From NCBI GenBank assembly GCA_902574045.1, contig CACGMG010000001.1:1919-65918 (forward strand): 64,000 bases of DNA, read 5' to 3'. The stretch is from an uncultured Pelagibacteraceae bacterium. Lineage in GTDB: Bacteria > Pseudomonadota > Alphaproteobacteria > Pelagibacterales > Pelagibacteraceae. The translations under genes and the position numbers were made by a program. Positions 1 to 11,746 of the stretch are shown here, in pieces. Positions within the stretch are counted from its first letter, which is position 1. Each line of letters begins with the position of its first letter. The notes beneath the pieces were generated by a model. The model had not been told where the DNA came from. It ran no database searches and saw nothing but the letters and a program-made list of their open reading frames with translations.

Positions 1-393
<393 letters not shown>

Positions 394-442
394 AAACGAC
401 GAAAGTAGCTTATAAATACTGTTTTTTTAATAGTTGAGAATG

Positions 443-475
443 TTGACTTTTGTCATTTCGATGTTAGTTTACGGC
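443..475 (+). promoter_or_regulatory. putative sigma70 promoter of str operon
   Basis: TTGACT (443-448), 16 nt, TAGTTT (465-470), then GC-rich ACGGC. Confidence 0.55.
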
Positions 476-477
476 AC

Positions 478-564
478 ATTTTGAATGTTAGAAGTAAGAC
501 AATATATAGTCTTAAACACTAACAATAAAAGAGCGCTCAGGCTATTTTACTTCAGCTTTCAAAA
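478..564 (+). ncRNA. structured rpsL 5' leader (putative ribosomal-protein autoregulatory RNA)
   Basis: Nested complementary segments TTTTGAA(479-485)/TTCAAAA(558-564), TGTTAG(486-491)/CTAACA(519-524), TAAGAC(495-500)/GTCTTA(509-514) in one of the largest intergenic gaps of the window. Confidence 0.6.
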
Positions 565-572
565 ATATATAT

Positions 573-944
573 ATGCCAACAATTAATCAATTGATTAAAA
601 AAAGCAGAGTAAAACCAATTTCTAGGAACAAAGTCCCTGCATTGGAAAGGCAACCACTGAAAAGAGGTGTGTGCGTAAAAGTCTATACAACTACTCCTAA
701 GAAACCTAATTCTGCATTAAGAAAAGTAGCTCGAGTTAGATTATCAAATGGGTTTGAAGTTACAGCATATATTCCTGGAGAAGGTCATAACTTACAAGAG
801 CACTCAGTAGTTTTGCTAAGAGGTGGTCGAGTTAAAGACTTGCCAGGAGTTAGATATCACATTTTAAGAGGTAACCTTGATACACAGGGTGTAGCAAATC
901 GTAAACAAAGAAGATCACTGTACGGAGCAAAAAAACCAAAATAA
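573..944 (+). CDS. rpsL: 30S ribosomal protein S12
   Basis: [28 protein letters not shown]. Confidence 0.99.
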   Translation: MPTINQLIKKSRVKPISRNKVPALERQPLKRGVCVKVYTTTPKKPNSALRKVARVRLSNGFEVTAYIPGEGHNLQEHSVVLLRGGRVKDLPGVRYHILRGNLDTQGVANRKQRRSLYGAKKPK

Positions 945-948
945 TTTT

Positions 949-1419
949 ATGTCCAGAAAAAGAAAAGCACCAGTTAGAAAAGTTTATCCTGATCCAAAGT
1001 TTCATTCAGAAGTTATTTCAAAGTTTATTAATTCAATTATGTATGATGGAAATAGGTCCACAGCAGAAAAAATTCTTTATGACGCACTAGACAAGATTAA
1101 ATCAAAAAATAATGAAGATCCTCTTAAGATATTTAATACAGCAATTAGTAACGTAAAACCAAATTTAGAATGTCGGTCAAGAAGAGTAGGGGGAGCAACG
1201 TATCAAGTTCCTGTAGAAGTAAAATCGAAAAGAGCTCAAGCTTTAGCTCTTAGATGGCTTATGGATGCTACTAGAAAAAGAAAAAACAAAACCATGGCAG
1301 AGAAACTGTATGCTGAAATTTTAGACGCTTCACAAAACAAAGGTTCAGCAATTAAAAAAAGAGAGGATGTACATAAAATGGCAGAGGCAAACAAAGCTTT
1401 TGCACATTTTAGATGGTAA
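949..1419 (+). CDS. rpsG: 30S ribosomal protein S7
   Basis: [26 protein letters not shown]. Confidence 0.99.
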   Translation: MSRKRKAPVRKVYPDPKFHSEVISKFINSIMYDGNRSTAEKILYDALDKIKSKNNEDPLKIFNTAISNVKPNLECRSRRVGGATYQVPVEVKSKRAQALALRWLMDATRKRKNKTMAEKLYAEILDASQNKGSAIKKREDVHKMAEANKAFAHFRW

Positions 1420-1425
1420 TAAATT

Positions 1426-3501
1426 ATGGCCACTAAATACACATTAGATAAGTATAGAAATATTGGTATTATGGCTCATATAGATGCTGGTAAAACTACT
1501 ACAACTGAAAGAATTTTATACTACACCGGAAAAAGTCACAAAATTGGAGAAGTCCACGATGGTGCCGCTACTATGGACTGGATGGAACAAGAACAAGAAC
1601 GAGGCATTACGATTACTTCAGCTGCAACAACTTGTTTTTGGAATGACCATCGAATTAATATTATTGATACGCCTGGACACGTAGATTTCACAATTGAAGT
1701 TGAAAGATCATTAAAAGTTTTAGACGGTGCAGTTTGTGTTTTCGATGGTGTAGCAGGAGTTGAACCACAATCAGAAACGGTATGGAGGCAAGCTGATAAA
1801 TACAAAGTTCCAAGGATCTGCTTTGTTAACAAGCTAGATAGAACTGGTGCTGACTTCTATAGATGTGTTGATATGATTAAAGATAGGTTAGGTTGCAAAC
1901 CTTTAGTTTTGCAACTTCCTGTAGGAGCTGAATCTGACTTAAAAGGAGTTGTCGATTTAGTAAAAATGAAAGCTGTTATATGGCAAAACGAGGATCTAGG
2001 TGCTAAATTTGACGTTGTTGACATTCCTTCAGACCTAAAAGAAAAATCAGAAAAGTATAGAAAAGAATTAGTCGAAGCAGCTGTAGAAGAAGATGAGAAA
2101 CTTATGGAAGCTTACTTAGAAGGAAAAGAACCATCTGAAACTGATTTAATAAAATGTATTAGAAAAGGAACACTAGGATTTAGTTTTGTACCCATAACTA
2201 CTGGTTCAGCGTTTAAAAATAAAGGTGTTCAACCTTTGCTAGACGCAGTCATAGATTATTTACCAAGCCCTCTTGATATTGGATCGATAGAGGCAACAAA
2301 ACTTAACTCTGAAGATAAACTACAAATGAAATTTGCTGATAATGAGCCTTTTTCTGCATTAGCTTTTAAAGTAGCCAATGATCCTTTCGTAGGATCCTTA
2401 ACTTTTATAAGAATATACTCAGGCACCATTAAAGCAGGGACGTCAGTTTATAATTCTTCTAAAGAAAAAACTGAGCGGGTTGGAAGGATGCTTTTAATGC
2501 ACGCTAATAGTCGTGAAGACATCAAAGAAGCTACAACAGGTGACATAGTTGCGCTTGCAGGCCTTAAATTCACTATTACTGGACACACTTTGTGCGAAGA
2601 GGATAAGCCGATTTTGTTAGAGCCAATGGAATTCCCTGATCCAGTTATTGAGATTGCTGTAGAACCAAAAACTAAAGCTGACCAAGAAAAAATGGGTGAA
2701 GCCCTAGGAAGATTAGCTAAAGAAGATCCTTCGTTTAGGGTTACTTCCGATGAAGAGTCTGGACAAACTATAATCAAAGGTATGGGAGAGTTACATTTAG
2801 ATATAATTGTCGATAGAATGAAACGTGAATTTAAAGTAGAGGCAAATATAGGAGCTCCACAAGTCGCTTATAGAGAAACTATATTAGGTTCAACGGAAGT
2901 TACATATATTCATAAAAAGCAAAGCGGTGGATCAGGTCAATTTGCAAAAGTTACATTAAGTGTTGAACCATTAGAACCAGGTAAAGGGAGAGAAGTAGAA
3001 AACAAGATTAAAGGTGGATCTATACCAAAAGAATTCATACCAGGTGTAGAAAAAGGTGTATTAAGCGTAGCGGAAAGTGGTATCTTAGCAGGTTTTCCAG
3101 TTATAGATTATAAAGTTACAATTCTAGACGGTCTTCACCACGACGTTGACTCAAGTGTGCTTGCATTTGAAATTGCATCACGAATGTGTTTCAGAGAGGC
3201 ATGTACAAAAGCTACATTAAAACTACTAGAGCCAATGATGAAAGTTGAAGTTGTAACACCAGAAGATTTTATGGGAGATGTTATCGGAGATTTAAACAGT
3301 AGAAGAGGTCAAGTCGCCTCTACTGAAGCAAGAGGAAATGCCACTGCTATAAATGCAACAGTGCCATTAGCAAACATGTTTGGTTATATTAACAATTTGC
3401 GATCGTCTACCCAAGGAAGAGCGCAATATACGATGCAGTTTAGTCATTACGATAAAGTTCCTCAAAATGTTCAAGATGAAGTAACAAAGAAATTAGCTTA
3501 A
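1426..3501 (+). CDS. fusA: elongation factor G
   Basis: [23 protein letters not shown] GTPase motifs; 691 aa. Confidence 0.99.
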   Translation: MATKYTLDKYRNIGIMAHIDAGKTTTTERILYYTGKSHKIGEVHDGAATMDWMEQEQERGITITSAATTCFWNDHRINIIDTPGHVDFTIEVERSLKVLDGAVCVFDGVAGVEPQSETVWRQADKYKVPRICFVNKLDRTGADFYRCVDMIKDRLGCKPLVLQLPVGAESDLKGVVDLVKMKAVIWQNEDLGAKFDVVDIPSDLKEKSEKYRKELVEAAVEEDEKLMEAYLEGKEPSETDLIKCIRKGTLGFSFVPITTGSAFKNKGVQPLLDAVIDYLPSPLDIGSIEATKLNSEDKLQMKFADNEPFSALAFKVANDPFVGSLTFIRIYSGTIKAGTSVYNSSKEKTERVGRMLLMHANSREDIKEATTGDIVALAGLKFTITGHTLCEEDKPILLEPMEFPDPVIEIAVEPKTKADQEKMGEALGRLAKEDPSFRVTSDEESGQTIIKGMGELHLDIIVDRMKREFKVEANIGAPQVAYRETILGSTEVTYIHKKQSGGSGQFAKVTLSVEPLEPGKGREVENKIKGGSIPKEFIPGVEKGVLSVAESGILAGFPVIDYKVTILDGLHHDVDSSVLAFEIASRMCFREACTKATLKLLEPMMKVEVVTPEDFMGDVIGDLNSRRGQVASTEARGNATAINATVPLANMFGYINNLRSSTQGRAQYTMQFSHYDKVPQNVQDEVTKKLA

Positions 3502-3503
3502 TT

Positions 3504-3812
3504 ATGGAAAATCAAAATATAAGAATACATTTAAAAGCATATGACAATAAGATTTTAGATCTCTCAACAGAAGAGATTGTTAACACTGCAAAAAGAACTG
3601 GAGCTCAAGTAAAAGGTCCGATACCTCTACCAACTAGAATCGAGAGATATACAGTTTTAAGGTCTCCTCACATTGATAAGAAAAGTAGAGAGCAATTTGA
3701 GTCAAGAACTCACAAAAGATTAATTGATATAATTGAACCAACCCCACAAACTGTTGAAGCTTTAATGAAATTAGACTTAGCTTCAGGGGTTGATATAGAA
3801 ATAAAGATATAA
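3504..3812 (+). CDS. rpsJ: 30S ribosomal protein S10
   Basis: [21 protein letters not shown]. Confidence 0.99.
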   Translation: MENQNIRIHLKAYDNKILDLSTEEIVNTAKRTGAQVKGPIPLPTRIERYTVLRSPHIDKKSREQFESRTHKRLIDIIEPTPQTVEALMKLDLASGVDIEIKI

Positions 3813-3813
3813 A

Positions 3814-4518
3814 ATGAGCTTAGGATTAATAGGAAAAAAAATTGGTATGACACGTGAATTTATGAAAAGCGGACAATCAGTACCTGTAACAGTTATCAAA
3901 GTTGAAAAAGGTAGAGTTTTAGATGTCATAAGCCATGAAAAAAGAGGGTACAACGCTGTTAAAGTTGGTTTTTTTAAAATAAAAAATTCAAAACTTACAA
4001 AACAAATGAAAGGTTATTTTACTAAAAAGAATACCGAGCCAAAAAAGATTTTAAAGGAATTTAGGGTTGAAAAAGTAGAACAATTTAAAGAGGGTAATGA
4101 ATTTGGATTAGAAATTTTTAAAGATAAAAAGTTTGTTGATGTAAAATCAAAAACAATAGGTAAGGGATTTGCTGGGGTAATGAAAAGATGGAACTTTGGT
4201 GGTTTAAGAGCATCACACGGTGTTTCGGTGTCTCATAGATCTCATGGTTCAACTGGTCAAAGACAAGATCCAGGAAAAGTTTTTAAAGGTAAAAAAATGG
4301 CTGGGCACATGGGTGATAAACTAAGAACAATGTTGAATTTAGAGATCATTAAATCTGACATGGATAATAATCTTATATATTTAAGAGGTTCTATACCAGG
4401 TTCTAAAAACTCTACTGTGTATTTAAGAGAGTCAGTTAAAAATACAAGTAAAAAAACAATTTTAGAAAAATATGAAGCTAAAGTAAAAAAAGCACAAGCA
4501 ACTAAAGGAAAAAAATAA
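3814..4518 (+). CDS. rplC: 50S ribosomal protein L3
   Basis: GKKIGMT, GKGFAGVMKRWNF, HRSHGSTGQRQDPGKVFKGKKMAG. Confidence 0.99.
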   Translation: MSLGLIGKKIGMTREFMKSGQSVPVTVIKVEKGRVLDVISHEKRGYNAVKVGFFKIKNSKLTKQMKGYFTKKNTEPKKILKEFRVEKVEQFKEGNEFGLEIFKDKKFVDVKSKTIGKGFAGVMKRWNFGGLRASHGVSVSHRSHGSTGQRQDPGKVFKGKKMAGHMGDKLRTMLNLEIIKSDMDNNLIYLRGSIPGSKNSTVYLRESVKNTSKKTILEKYEAKVKKAQATKGKK

Positions 4519-5154
4519 ATGAAATTCCCTTTGTTAAATATTGATGGTTCAAAATCTGAGACTATCGAGGTATCGGATAAAATCGTAAAATTAAAAGTCA
4601 ATCACAAACTGATTAAATTTGTAATAGACTGGCAATTAAATCATGCAAAACCAAGAGTTGCTAAAACCAAACAAAGAAATCAAATTAGGGGATCTACAGT
4701 GAAAATCGTAGCTCAAAAAGGTAGTGGAGGAGCGAGACACGCAAGCAGAAAAGCCCCTATATTTGTTGGTGGAGGTGTAGCTCACGGACCAAAAGGTTCT
4801 GTCTATAAAATTAAAAAGATAAATAAAAAAGTGAGAAAATTGGCTTTTGCGCAAACATTATCTAAAAAAAATTCAGACAAAAAGTTACATATTCTTGCTG
4901 ATGTAAAAAAAGAAGTTAAAAAAACCAAAGAATTTAATAAATTTTTAATAAGCAATAATTTGTTAAATGTACTAATTATTTCCGATCAAAATTCTTTAAA
5001 AAATATCAACAAATCAGCTAGGAATATCAAGGACCTAAAATTAATAGATGAAATAGGAGCAAATATTTATGATTTACTTAAATATAAAAATGTCATTATT
5101 ACATCGACATCAGTAAAGAAAATACAAGAAAGGATCCTTAATGAAAAAAATTAA
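4519..5154 (+). CDS. rplD: 50S ribosomal protein L4
   Basis: QKGSGGARH, FVGGGVAHGPK; operon position. Confidence 0.98.
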   Translation: MKFPLLNIDGSKSETIEVSDKIVKLKVNHKLIKFVIDWQLNHAKPRVAKTKQRNQIRGSTVKIVAQKGSGGARHASRKAPIFVGGGVAHGPKGSVYKIKKINKKVRKLAFAQTLSKKNSDKKLHILADVKKEVKKTKEFNKFLISNNLLNVLIISDQNSLKNINKSARNIKDLKLIDEIGANIYDLLKYKNVIITSTSVKKIQERILNEKN

Positions 5155-5434
5155 TCATATTGATTCTATAAGAAGTCCCATTATTACTGAAAAAGCAACT
5201 ATTCTTTCAGAGCAAAATAAAACAGTATTTAAAGTTCATAAAAAGGCGGATAAAAAAACAATAAAAAAGAATATTGAAAAATTATTTAAGGTAAATGTAA
5301 TTAAAGTTAACATTATAAATCGAAAATCAAAACTCAAAATAAGACAAGGTAAAAAGTCTTATAAAAGTGGTTATAAAAAAGCAATTGTAACATTAAAAAA
5401 AGGTCAAAGTATTGATCTAACTACTGGAATCTAA
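5141..5434 (+). CDS. rplW: 50S ribosomal protein L23
   Basis: [15 protein letters not shown]; operon position. Confidence 0.98.
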   Translation: MKKINHIDSIRSPIITEKATILSEQNKTVFKVHKKADKKTIKKNIEKLFKVNVIKVNIINRKSKLKIRQGKKSYKSGYKKAIVTLKKGQSIDLTTGI

Positions 5435-5436
5435 TC

Positions 5437-6267
5437 ATGGCATTAAAAACATTTAAACCATATACTAAATCTACAAGAGGCACTGTAGTAGTAGATAAAA
5501 GTTCTTTATGGAAGGGTTCACCGTACAAACCTTTAACTAAGGGTCAAAATTTTACAGGGGGAAGAAATAATTACGGTAGGATTACCTCAAGACATATTGG
5601 TGGTGGTTCTAAACATAAATTCAGAATTATAGATTTCTTTAGAAAAAAGAAAGATGTATCAGCGACAGTTGAAAGAATAGAGTATGACCCAAATAGAACA
5701 GCTTATATAGCTTTAATAACTTATGAGGATAAAGAAAAATCTTATATCATTTGTCCTCAAGGTTTAAAGCAAGGAGACAAAATTGAGTCAGGTAAAAACG
5801 CAGAAATTAGAGTTGGAAATTCTTTAGAATTAAAAGATATACCTCCGGGTACATTGATACATAATGTTGAACTAATTCCAGGAAACGGCGGCAAATTAGC
5901 TAGATCGGCTGGTTCTTCAATTACTCTATCAGGCTACGACGGAGATTATGCAATATTGAGATTATCCTCTGGTGAGACTAGAAAAGTTAATAGCAGTTGT
6001 TTAGGTACTATTGGTGTTGTCTCAAATCCCGATCAAAAGAATATTAAAATTGGTAAGGCGGGAAGAAATAGGTGGAGAGGGAAAAGACCACAAACTAGAG
6101 GAGTAGCCATGAATCCTGTCGACCATCCACACGGTGGAGGTGAAGGTAAAACATCTGGTGGAAGAAGCCCGGTTTCTCCATGGGGACAATCTGCTAAAGG
6201 TCTGAAAACAAGAAGACCCAAAAGAAGTGATAAGTTAATTATAACTCGAAGGAAAAAAAGAAAGTAA
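5437..6267 (+). CDS. rplB: 50S ribosomal protein L2
   Basis: [25 protein letters not shown]. Confidence 0.99.
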   Translation: MALKTFKPYTKSTRGTVVVDKSSLWKGSPYKPLTKGQNFTGGRNNYGRITSRHIGGGSKHKFRIIDFFRKKKDVSATVERIEYDPNRTAYIALITYEDKEKSYIICPQGLKQGDKIESGKNAEIRVGNSLELKDIPPGTLIHNVELIPGNGGKLARSAGSSITLSGYDGDYAILRLSSGETRKVNSSCLGTIGVVSNPDQKNIKIGKAGRNRWRGKRPQTRGVAMNPVDHPHGGGEGKTSGGRSPVSPWGQSAKGLKTRRPKRSDKLIITRRKKRK

Positions 6268-6599
6268 TGACTAGATCTGTTTGGAAAGGACCATTTGTGC
6301 ATCCAAGTTTATTAAAAAAAATTGATAAACTAAAAGATGCCCCTAATAAAAAACCTATTAAAACTTGGTCGAGAAATTCAACAATTATTCCTGATTTTGT
6401 AGGCCATAGCTTCATGATACATAATGGAAAATCTTTTATTCCAATTACTATTTCTGAAGAAATGGTTGGCCATAAGTTGGGAGAATTTGCACCAACTAGG
6501 ACCTTTAAAGGACATACGCCAGCTGACAAAAAAGCAGCTGCTGTAGCATCGTCACCAAGTAGTTCAGAAAAACCAGGAGCTTCTAATGCAAAAAAATAG
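6267..6599 (+). CDS. rpsS: 30S ribosomal protein S19 (C-terminally extended)
   Basis: [27 protein letters not shown]. Confidence 0.98.
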   Translation: MTRSVWKGPFVHPSLLKKIDKLKDAPNKKPIKTWSRNSTIIPDFVGHSFMIHNGKSFIPITISEEMVGHKLGEFAPTRTFKGHTPADKKAAAVASSPSSSEKPGASNAKK

Positions 6600-6954
6600 T
6601 TTGACAATTAAAGCAGTTAATAAAAATGTAAGATGTAGTCCTAGAAAATTATCACTAGTTTGTAATTTTATAAAAGGTAAAAAAGCTGATTTAGCTTTAA
6701 GAGACTTGGAGTTTTCGAGAAAAAGAATAGCTAAAGATGTAAGCAAAACAGTTAAATCTGCAATAGCTAATGCTGAAAATAATAACCAATATGACATTGA
6801 TAATTTATTTGTTAAAGAGGCTTATGTAGGTAAATCTCTTGTTATGAAGAGATTCCGACCTAGGGCTAAAGGGAGAGCTAGCCCAATAAAGAAGCCATTT
6901 AGTAGAATTACTATTGTTTTAGAAGAAAAAAAAATGAAAAAGGAAAATAAATAA
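6586..6954 (+). CDS. rplV: 50S ribosomal protein L22
   Basis: [24 protein letters not shown]. Confidence 0.98.
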   Translation: MQKNSLTIKAVNKNVRCSPRKLSLVCNFIKGKKADLALRDLEFSRKRIAKDVSKTVKSAIANAENNNQYDIDNLFVKEAYVGKSLVMKRFRPRAKGRASPIKKPFSRITIVLEEKKMKKENK

Positions 6955-7640
6955 TGGGACAAAAGATCAATCCAATAGGTTTAAGATTAGGAATTAATAG
7001 AGGTTGGGACTCTACCTGGTTTGCTAAAAAAAAGGATTTCGGAAAATATCTTATAGAAGACTTTAAAATCAGAAACTATATAAAAAAGAATATTACGAAC
7101 TCAGGAGTATCTGAAATTATTATTGAAAGATCGTCTAAGAAATGCAGTGTATCAATTCACACTTCAAGACCAGGTTTTGTAATAGGTAAAAAGGGCGCTG
7201 ATATAGAAAAAATTAAAAAAAATATAATGAAAATTACAGATAGCGACGTAAATGTGAACATAAAAGAAATTAAAAAACCTGAGTTAAACTCAAACTTAGT
7301 GGCTGAAAATATTGCTCAACAGTTAGTGAAACGAATAGCTTACAGAAGAGCAATGAAAAGAGCAATGCAATCAGCTATGAGGCTAAATGCAAAAGGAATT
7401 AAAGTAATGTTAAGTGGAAGATTAGCCGGAAACGAAATTGCTAGAACCGAGTGGTTGAGAGAAGGAAGTATCCCATCACATACATTAAGAGCAGAGATAG
7501 ATTATGGTTTTGCAGAGGCACTTACTACTTATGGAATAATAGGAGTAAAAGTTTGGATTTATAAAGGCGAGCTAATGGCTAAAGACGTAGATAAAGAAAA
7601 AAAGGAAAGGGTAAAAAATGCTTCAACCAGTAAGAACTAA
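6954..7640 (+). CDS. rpsC: 30S ribosomal protein S3
   Basis: [34 protein letters not shown]. Confidence 0.99.
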   Translation: MGQKINPIGLRLGINRGWDSTWFAKKKDFGKYLIEDFKIRNYIKKNITNSGVSEIIIERSSKKCSVSIHTSRPGFVIGKKGADIEKIKKNIMKITDSDVNVNIKEIKKPELNSNLVAENIAQQLVKRIAYRRAMKRAMQSAMRLNAKGIKVMLSGRLAGNEIARTEWLREGSIPSHTLRAEIDYGFAEALTTYGIIGVKVWIYKGELMAKDVDKEKKERVKNASTSKN

Positions 7641-8022
7641 ATATAGAAAAGCTTTCAAAGGAAGAATTCACGGTAAAGCTTCTAGAGCAGTAAAACTTAA
7701 TTATGGACAATTTGGATTAAAAGCCACTGAACCAGAGAGAGTTATTGGCAAACAAATAGAAGCGGCAAGAGTTGCTCTTACTAGGTATATGAAACGTACT
7801 GGAAAAGTTTGGACTAGAATATTTCCAAATATACCAGTATCGAAAAAACCAACAGAAGTAAGAATGGGGAAAGGGAAAGGATCGCCAGAATATTATGCAT
7901 GTAGAGTTAAACCAGGAAGAATTATTTTCGAAGTTGATGGAGTTACCGAGGAAGTAGCTAGAGTTGCATTATACAAAGCTTCTGCAAAATTACCTATTAA
8001 AACAAAATTTATTAAAAGATAA
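7618..8022 (+). CDS. rplP: 50S ribosomal protein L16
   Basis: [16 protein letters not shown]. Confidence 0.99.
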   Translation: MLQPVRTKYRKAFKGRIHGKASRAVKLNYGQFGLKATEPERVIGKQIEAARVALTRYMKRTGKVWTRIFPNIPVSKKPTEVRMGKGKGSPEYYACRVKPGRIIFEVDGVTEEVARVALYKASAKLPIKTKFIKR

Positions 8023-8026
8023 AATC

Positions 8027-8215
8027 ATGAGCAAAAAAAAAGAAGATAAGAAATTAACAAAAGATCAGGCAGAGAGAAAAATACTTACATTGAAAAAAGA
8101 TTTATTTAACATTAGGTTTAAAAAAATTAATAATCAAGTAGAAAATTCTGCTCAATATAGTGAAATAAAAAAAAATATAGCTAGACTATATACAACTGTA
8201 AAAAATTCAAAATGA
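8027..8215 (+). CDS. rpmC: 50S ribosomal protein L29
   Basis: [16 protein letters not shown]; position between rplP and rpsQ; start moved to ATG 8027. Confidence 0.93.
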   Translation: MSKKKEDKKLTKDQAERKILTLKKDLFNIRFKKINNQVENSAQYSEIKKNIARLYTTVKNSK

Positions 8216-8439
8216 CAAAAAAAATTTTAAAAGGTGTTGTTACAAGTGCTAAAAACAATAAAACTATTGTTGTTGAGGTAACTAGAAAGTTTAAACATCC
8301 ATTTTATGAAAAAGTAATTAAAAGAACAAAAAAATATCATGCTCATGATGAAACAAATAAATTTAAAGAGGGTGAGACTGTTTCAATTGTTGAATGCAAA
8401 CCAATATCTAAGAAGAAAACTTGGCAGGTAATGAAATAA
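8212..8439 (+). CDS. rpsQ: 30S ribosomal protein S17
   Basis: [26 protein letters not shown]. Confidence 0.98.
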   Translation: MTKKILKGVVTSAKNNKTIVVEVTRKFKHPFYEKVIKRTKKYHAHDETNKFKEGETVSIVECKPISKKKTWQVMK

Positions 8440-8807
8440 TGATACAAGTACAAACAGAATTAATGGTAGCCGACAACACTGGTGCTAAAAGAGTTGAATG
8501 CATTAAGGTTTTAGGTGGATCAAAAAGAAGATATGCTTCTGTTGGAGATTTAATTGTAATAAGCGTTAAAGACGCAATACCTAAAGGTAAAGTTAAAAAA
8601 GGAGCTGTACATAAAGCTGTTGTAGTAAGAACAAGAAAAGAAATTTATAGAGACGACGGGTCAAAAGTTCAATTTGATACAAATGCAGTTGTATTAACTG
8701 ATGAGAAAGGGGAGCCAATTGGAACAAGAATTTTCGGACCTGTTACAAGAGAGCTTAGAACAAGAGGACACACCAAAATAATCTCTCTTGCCCCGGAGGT
8801 GCTTTAA
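8439..8807 (+). CDS. rplN: 50S ribosomal protein L14
   Basis: [30 protein letters not shown]; ATG 8439 overlaps rpsQ stop. Confidence 0.99.
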   Translation: MIQVQTELMVADNTGAKRVECIKVLGGSKRRYASVGDLIVISVKDAIPKGKVKKGAVHKAVVVRTRKEIYRDDGSKVQFDTNAVVLTDEKGEPIGTRIFGPVTRELRTRGHTKIISLAPEVL

Positions 8808-8808
8808 T

Positions 8809-9060
8809 ATGATTATAAAAAAAGGAACTCAGGTAAAGATAATTTCTGGAAAAGATAAAGGTAAAACTGGAGAAATTTTAGAGATAGACAGGAAGCAAAA
8901 AAGACTAAAAATTAAATCAATTAATATGATTAAAAAACATTTAAAACCTACAAAAGAAAACAAAGGTGGAATTGTATCAAAAGAAAATTTTATACATCTG
9001 TCTAATGTCAAGAATCTAGACCAAAGTAAAAAAGAAAAAAAAGTAGAAAGTAAAAAATGA
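8809..9060 (+). CDS. rplX: 50S ribosomal protein L24
   Basis: KOW motif VKIISGKDKGKTG, IHLSNV; start moved to ATG 8809. Confidence 0.97.
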   Translation: MIIKKGTQVKIISGKDKGKTGEILEIDRKQKRLKIKSINMIKKHLKPTKENKGGIVSKENFIHLSNVKNLDQSKKEKKVESKK

Positions 9061-9608
9061 TACCAAGATTAAAAATTTCATATGAAAAAGAAATAATTGG
9101 TAAACTTGCCAGCAAACTAAGCTTAAAAAATAAGCATGAAGTTCCAAAAATATCAAAAATTATTTTAAATATGGGTTTAGGAGAAGATGCTTCTGACACT
9201 AAAAAACTAAAAGCTTGCGTTGAAGATGTTGCTCTTATTACAGGTCAAAAACCAATTATTACAAAATTTAAAAAATCTATTTCTAATTTTAAAACAAGAA
9301 AAGGATCAAATGCTGGAGTTAAAGTTACTCTCAGATCTAATAAGATGTATGAGTTTATAGACAGATTAATAAATATAGCCCTTCCTAGAATTAAAGACTT
9401 TAGAGGATTAACATCAAAAGGTATTGACAGTTCATTTAATTATTCTTTTGGTATAAAAGAGCATATTATTTTTCCGGAAGTAAATTTCGATAAGGTTGAT
9501 AAGATAAGAGGATTAGACATCACTATAGTAACTACAAGCAAAAACAAAGAAGGGACTTTAGAATTACTTAAAGAATTTAATTTTCCTTTAAATAACAAAA
9601 AAAACTGA
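9057..9608 (+). CDS. rplE: 50S ribosomal protein L5
   Basis: ITGQKP, KVTLR, LPRIKDFRG, IIFPE. Confidence 0.99.
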   Translation: MIPRLKISYEKEIIGKLASKLSLKNKHEVPKISKIILNMGLGEDASDTKKLKACVEDVALITGQKPIITKFKKSISNFKTRKGSNAGVKVTLRSNKMYEFIDRLINIALPRIKDFRGLTSKGIDSSFNYSFGIKEHIIFPEVNFDKVDKIRGLDITIVTTSKNKEGTLELLKEFNFPLNNKKN

Positions 9609-9615
9609 GGTATAA

Positions 9616-9921
9616 ATGGCTAAAACAAGTGCAGTACAAAAAAATTTAAAAAGGATAAAGTTAGTAAAAAAATACGCAAATAAAAGAGCTGCTTTAAAAA
9701 AAATAATCAAGAACAAAAAGCTTGAATTATCAGAGAGATTTGCAGCCCAATTAAAATTAAATAAATTACCAAAAAATTCATCAAGAATAAGAATAAGAAA
9801 TCGTTGCGAGGTATCAGGAAGACCGCATGGCGTATATAGAAAATTAAAAATATCTAGGATTGCACTAAGAGATATGGCCTCATCAGGTAAAATTCCAGGT
9901 ATGACAAAATCAAGTTGGTAG
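9616..9921 (+). CDS. rpsN: 30S ribosomal protein S14 (long, zinc-free type)
   Basis: [21 protein letters not shown]; 101 aa, single Cys. Confidence 0.99.
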   Translation: MAKTSAVQKNLKRIKLVKKYANKRAALKKIIKNKKLELSERFAAQLKLNKLPKNSSRIRIRNRCEVSGRPHGVYRKLKISRIALRDMASSGKIPGMTKSSW

Positions 9922-9928
9922 GAGAAAT

Positions 9929-10327
9929 ATGACATTAACAGATCCAATAGGAGATATGTTTTCAAGAATTAGAAATGGTCAGTTAAGATCATTAAACTCT
10001 ATAGATATACCTTCATCAAATTTTAGGCAAAATATTTTAAAAATTTTAAAAGAGGAAGGATATATTAAAGATTACTTTATTGAAAAAACAGAAAATAATA
10101 AAACTACTTTAAAAATTAATTTAAAGTATTATGAAGGTTATCCAGTCATAAAAGAAATTAAAAGAATATCTAAACCTGGTAGAAGAATATATTCTAGAGC
10201 TAATAGCATCCCAAGAGTAATGAATGGTCTTGGATTAGCAATTCTCTCAACGCCTAAAGGGGTGATGACAGATACAGAAGCAAGAAAAAATAATGTAGGT
10301 GGCGAAATAATTTGTAGGGTATTTTAA
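9929..10327 (+). CDS. rpsH: 30S ribosomal protein S8
   Basis: DPIGDMFSRIRN, SKPGRRIY, STPKGVM. Confidence 0.99.
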   Translation: MTLTDPIGDMFSRIRNGQLRSLNSIDIPSSNFRQNILKILKEEGYIKDYFIEKTENNKTTLKINLKYYEGYPVIKEIKRISKPGRRIYSRANSIPRVMNGLGLAILSTPKGVMTDTEARKNNVGGEIICRVF

Positions 10328-10872
10328 TGTCAAAAATTGGAAAAAAAAATATAGTTGTACCAAAAGAATCTTCAGTTAAAATTGAAGGTACAAGCTTAAT
10401 TATATCAGGACCTAAAGGAACAAAATCATTAACAGTTAATGATAAAATTTTTTCATCCAAAGTAAACGAAAAAAATGAATTTCAAATTTTACCGTTAAAT
10501 AAAAAGATTGATAAAAAAACAAGCATTATGTGGGGAACTTACAGAAGTTTAATAAACAATGCTATAACGGGAGTGTCTAAGGGTCACGAAAAAACCCTGC
10601 AGTTAAGTGGAGTAGGTTTTAGAGCAAGTATCAAAGGAGAAAATTTAAATTTACAAATTGGATTTAGCCATGATGTAAATTTTAAGATTCCTAAAGATAT
10701 AAAAATATCAGTTGAAAAACAAACAGTTATCAAAATAAGCGGAGTAGATAAAGATCTTGTGTCAAAAATTTCAGCAGATATAAAGGGCTTAAAACCAGTG
10801 GAACCGTATAAAGCAAAGGGGATTACAGAAAAGGGTCAGTTTATTTTAAGAAAAGAAGGTAAAAAGAAGTAA
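10327..10872 (+). CDS. rplF: 50S ribosomal protein L6
   Basis: MSKIGK, GVGFRA, EPYKAKG. Confidence 0.99.
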   Translation: MSKIGKKNIVVPKESSVKIEGTSLIISGPKGTKSLTVNDKIFSSKVNEKNEFQILPLNKKIDKKTSIMWGTYRSLINNAITGVSKGHEKTLQLSGVGFRASIKGENLNLQIGFSHDVNFKIPKDIKISVEKQTVIKISGVDKDLVSKISADIKGLKPVEPYKAKGITEKGQFILRKEGKKK

Positions 10873-11226
10873 ATGAAAAAAATAAATAAAAAAATTAAAA
10901 GAAAATTAAGAAATAGAAAAAAACTTAAATCAGTTAGCACAAATAGATATCGTATTAGTGTAACAAAATCTCTTAATAATTTTTTTGCTCAAATTATTGA
11001 TGACAAGAATAGCAAAACATTGGTGTCTGCTTCATCGATAGAAAAAGATATAAAAAAAAATAAGTCAAAAAAAATGGAAAAATCAAATTTAATAGGAGAA
11101 ATGTTAGCTAAAAGAGCAAAAGATAAAAACATCAATGAAGTATATTTTGACAGAGGTGAATACAAGTACCATGGAAGAATAAAAGCTTTTGCTGAAACTC
11201 TAAGAAAAAATGGATTGAAATTTTAA
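10873..11226 (+). CDS. rplR: 50S ribosomal protein L18
   Basis: [20 protein letters not shown]. Confidence 0.98.
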   Translation: MKKINKKIKRKLRNRKKLKSVSTNRYRISVTKSLNNFFAQIIDDKNSKTLVSASSIEKDIKKNKSKKMEKSNLIGEMLAKRAKDKNINEVYFDRGEYKYHGRIKAFAETLRKNGLKF

Positions 11227-11227
11227 T

Positions 11228-11746
11228 ATGGCTGAATTTAAAAAAATTGAGAGTGATATAAAAGAAAAACTGGTTGCTATCAACAGAATTACCAAGGTAG
11301 TTAAAGGAGGTAGAAGATTTGGTTTCGCAGCTTTAGTTGTTGTCGGTAATCAGAAAGGATCTGTTGGCATCGGACAAGGTAAGTCTAAACAAGTTCCTGA
11401 CGCTATCAAAAAGGCCACTGAAGTCGCAAAAAGAAATTTAATACAGATACCCTTGAAAGAAGGGAGAACATTACACCATGATGTAAAAGGAAAAAATGGT
11501 TCAGGTAAAGTTTTTATGAGATCTGCTCCAGCTGGAACAGGAATAATCGCTGGTGGTGCTATTCGTTCAGTTTGTGAAGTATTAGGAGTCCAAGATGTCG
11601 TTGCAAAGTCTCTAGGCTCATCTAATCCTCACAATGTATTGAAAGCTTGTGTTAATGGATTAAAATCACAAAATTCTCCTAAAATTTTATCTGCAATAAG
11701 AGGTAAAAAAATATCTGAAATTATCGTAAAAAGAGAGACTAAATAA
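11228..11746 (+). CDS. rpsE: 30S ribosomal protein S5
   Basis: [29 protein letters not shown]. Confidence 0.99.
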   Translation: MAEFKKIESDIKEKLVAINRITKVVKGGRRFGFAALVVVGNQKGSVGIGQGKSKQVPDAIKKATEVAKRNLIQIPLKEGRTLHHDVKGKNGSGKVFMRSAPAGTGIIAGGAIRSVCEVLGVQDVVAKSLGSSNPHNVLKACVNGLKSQNSPKILSAIRGKKISEIIVKRETK

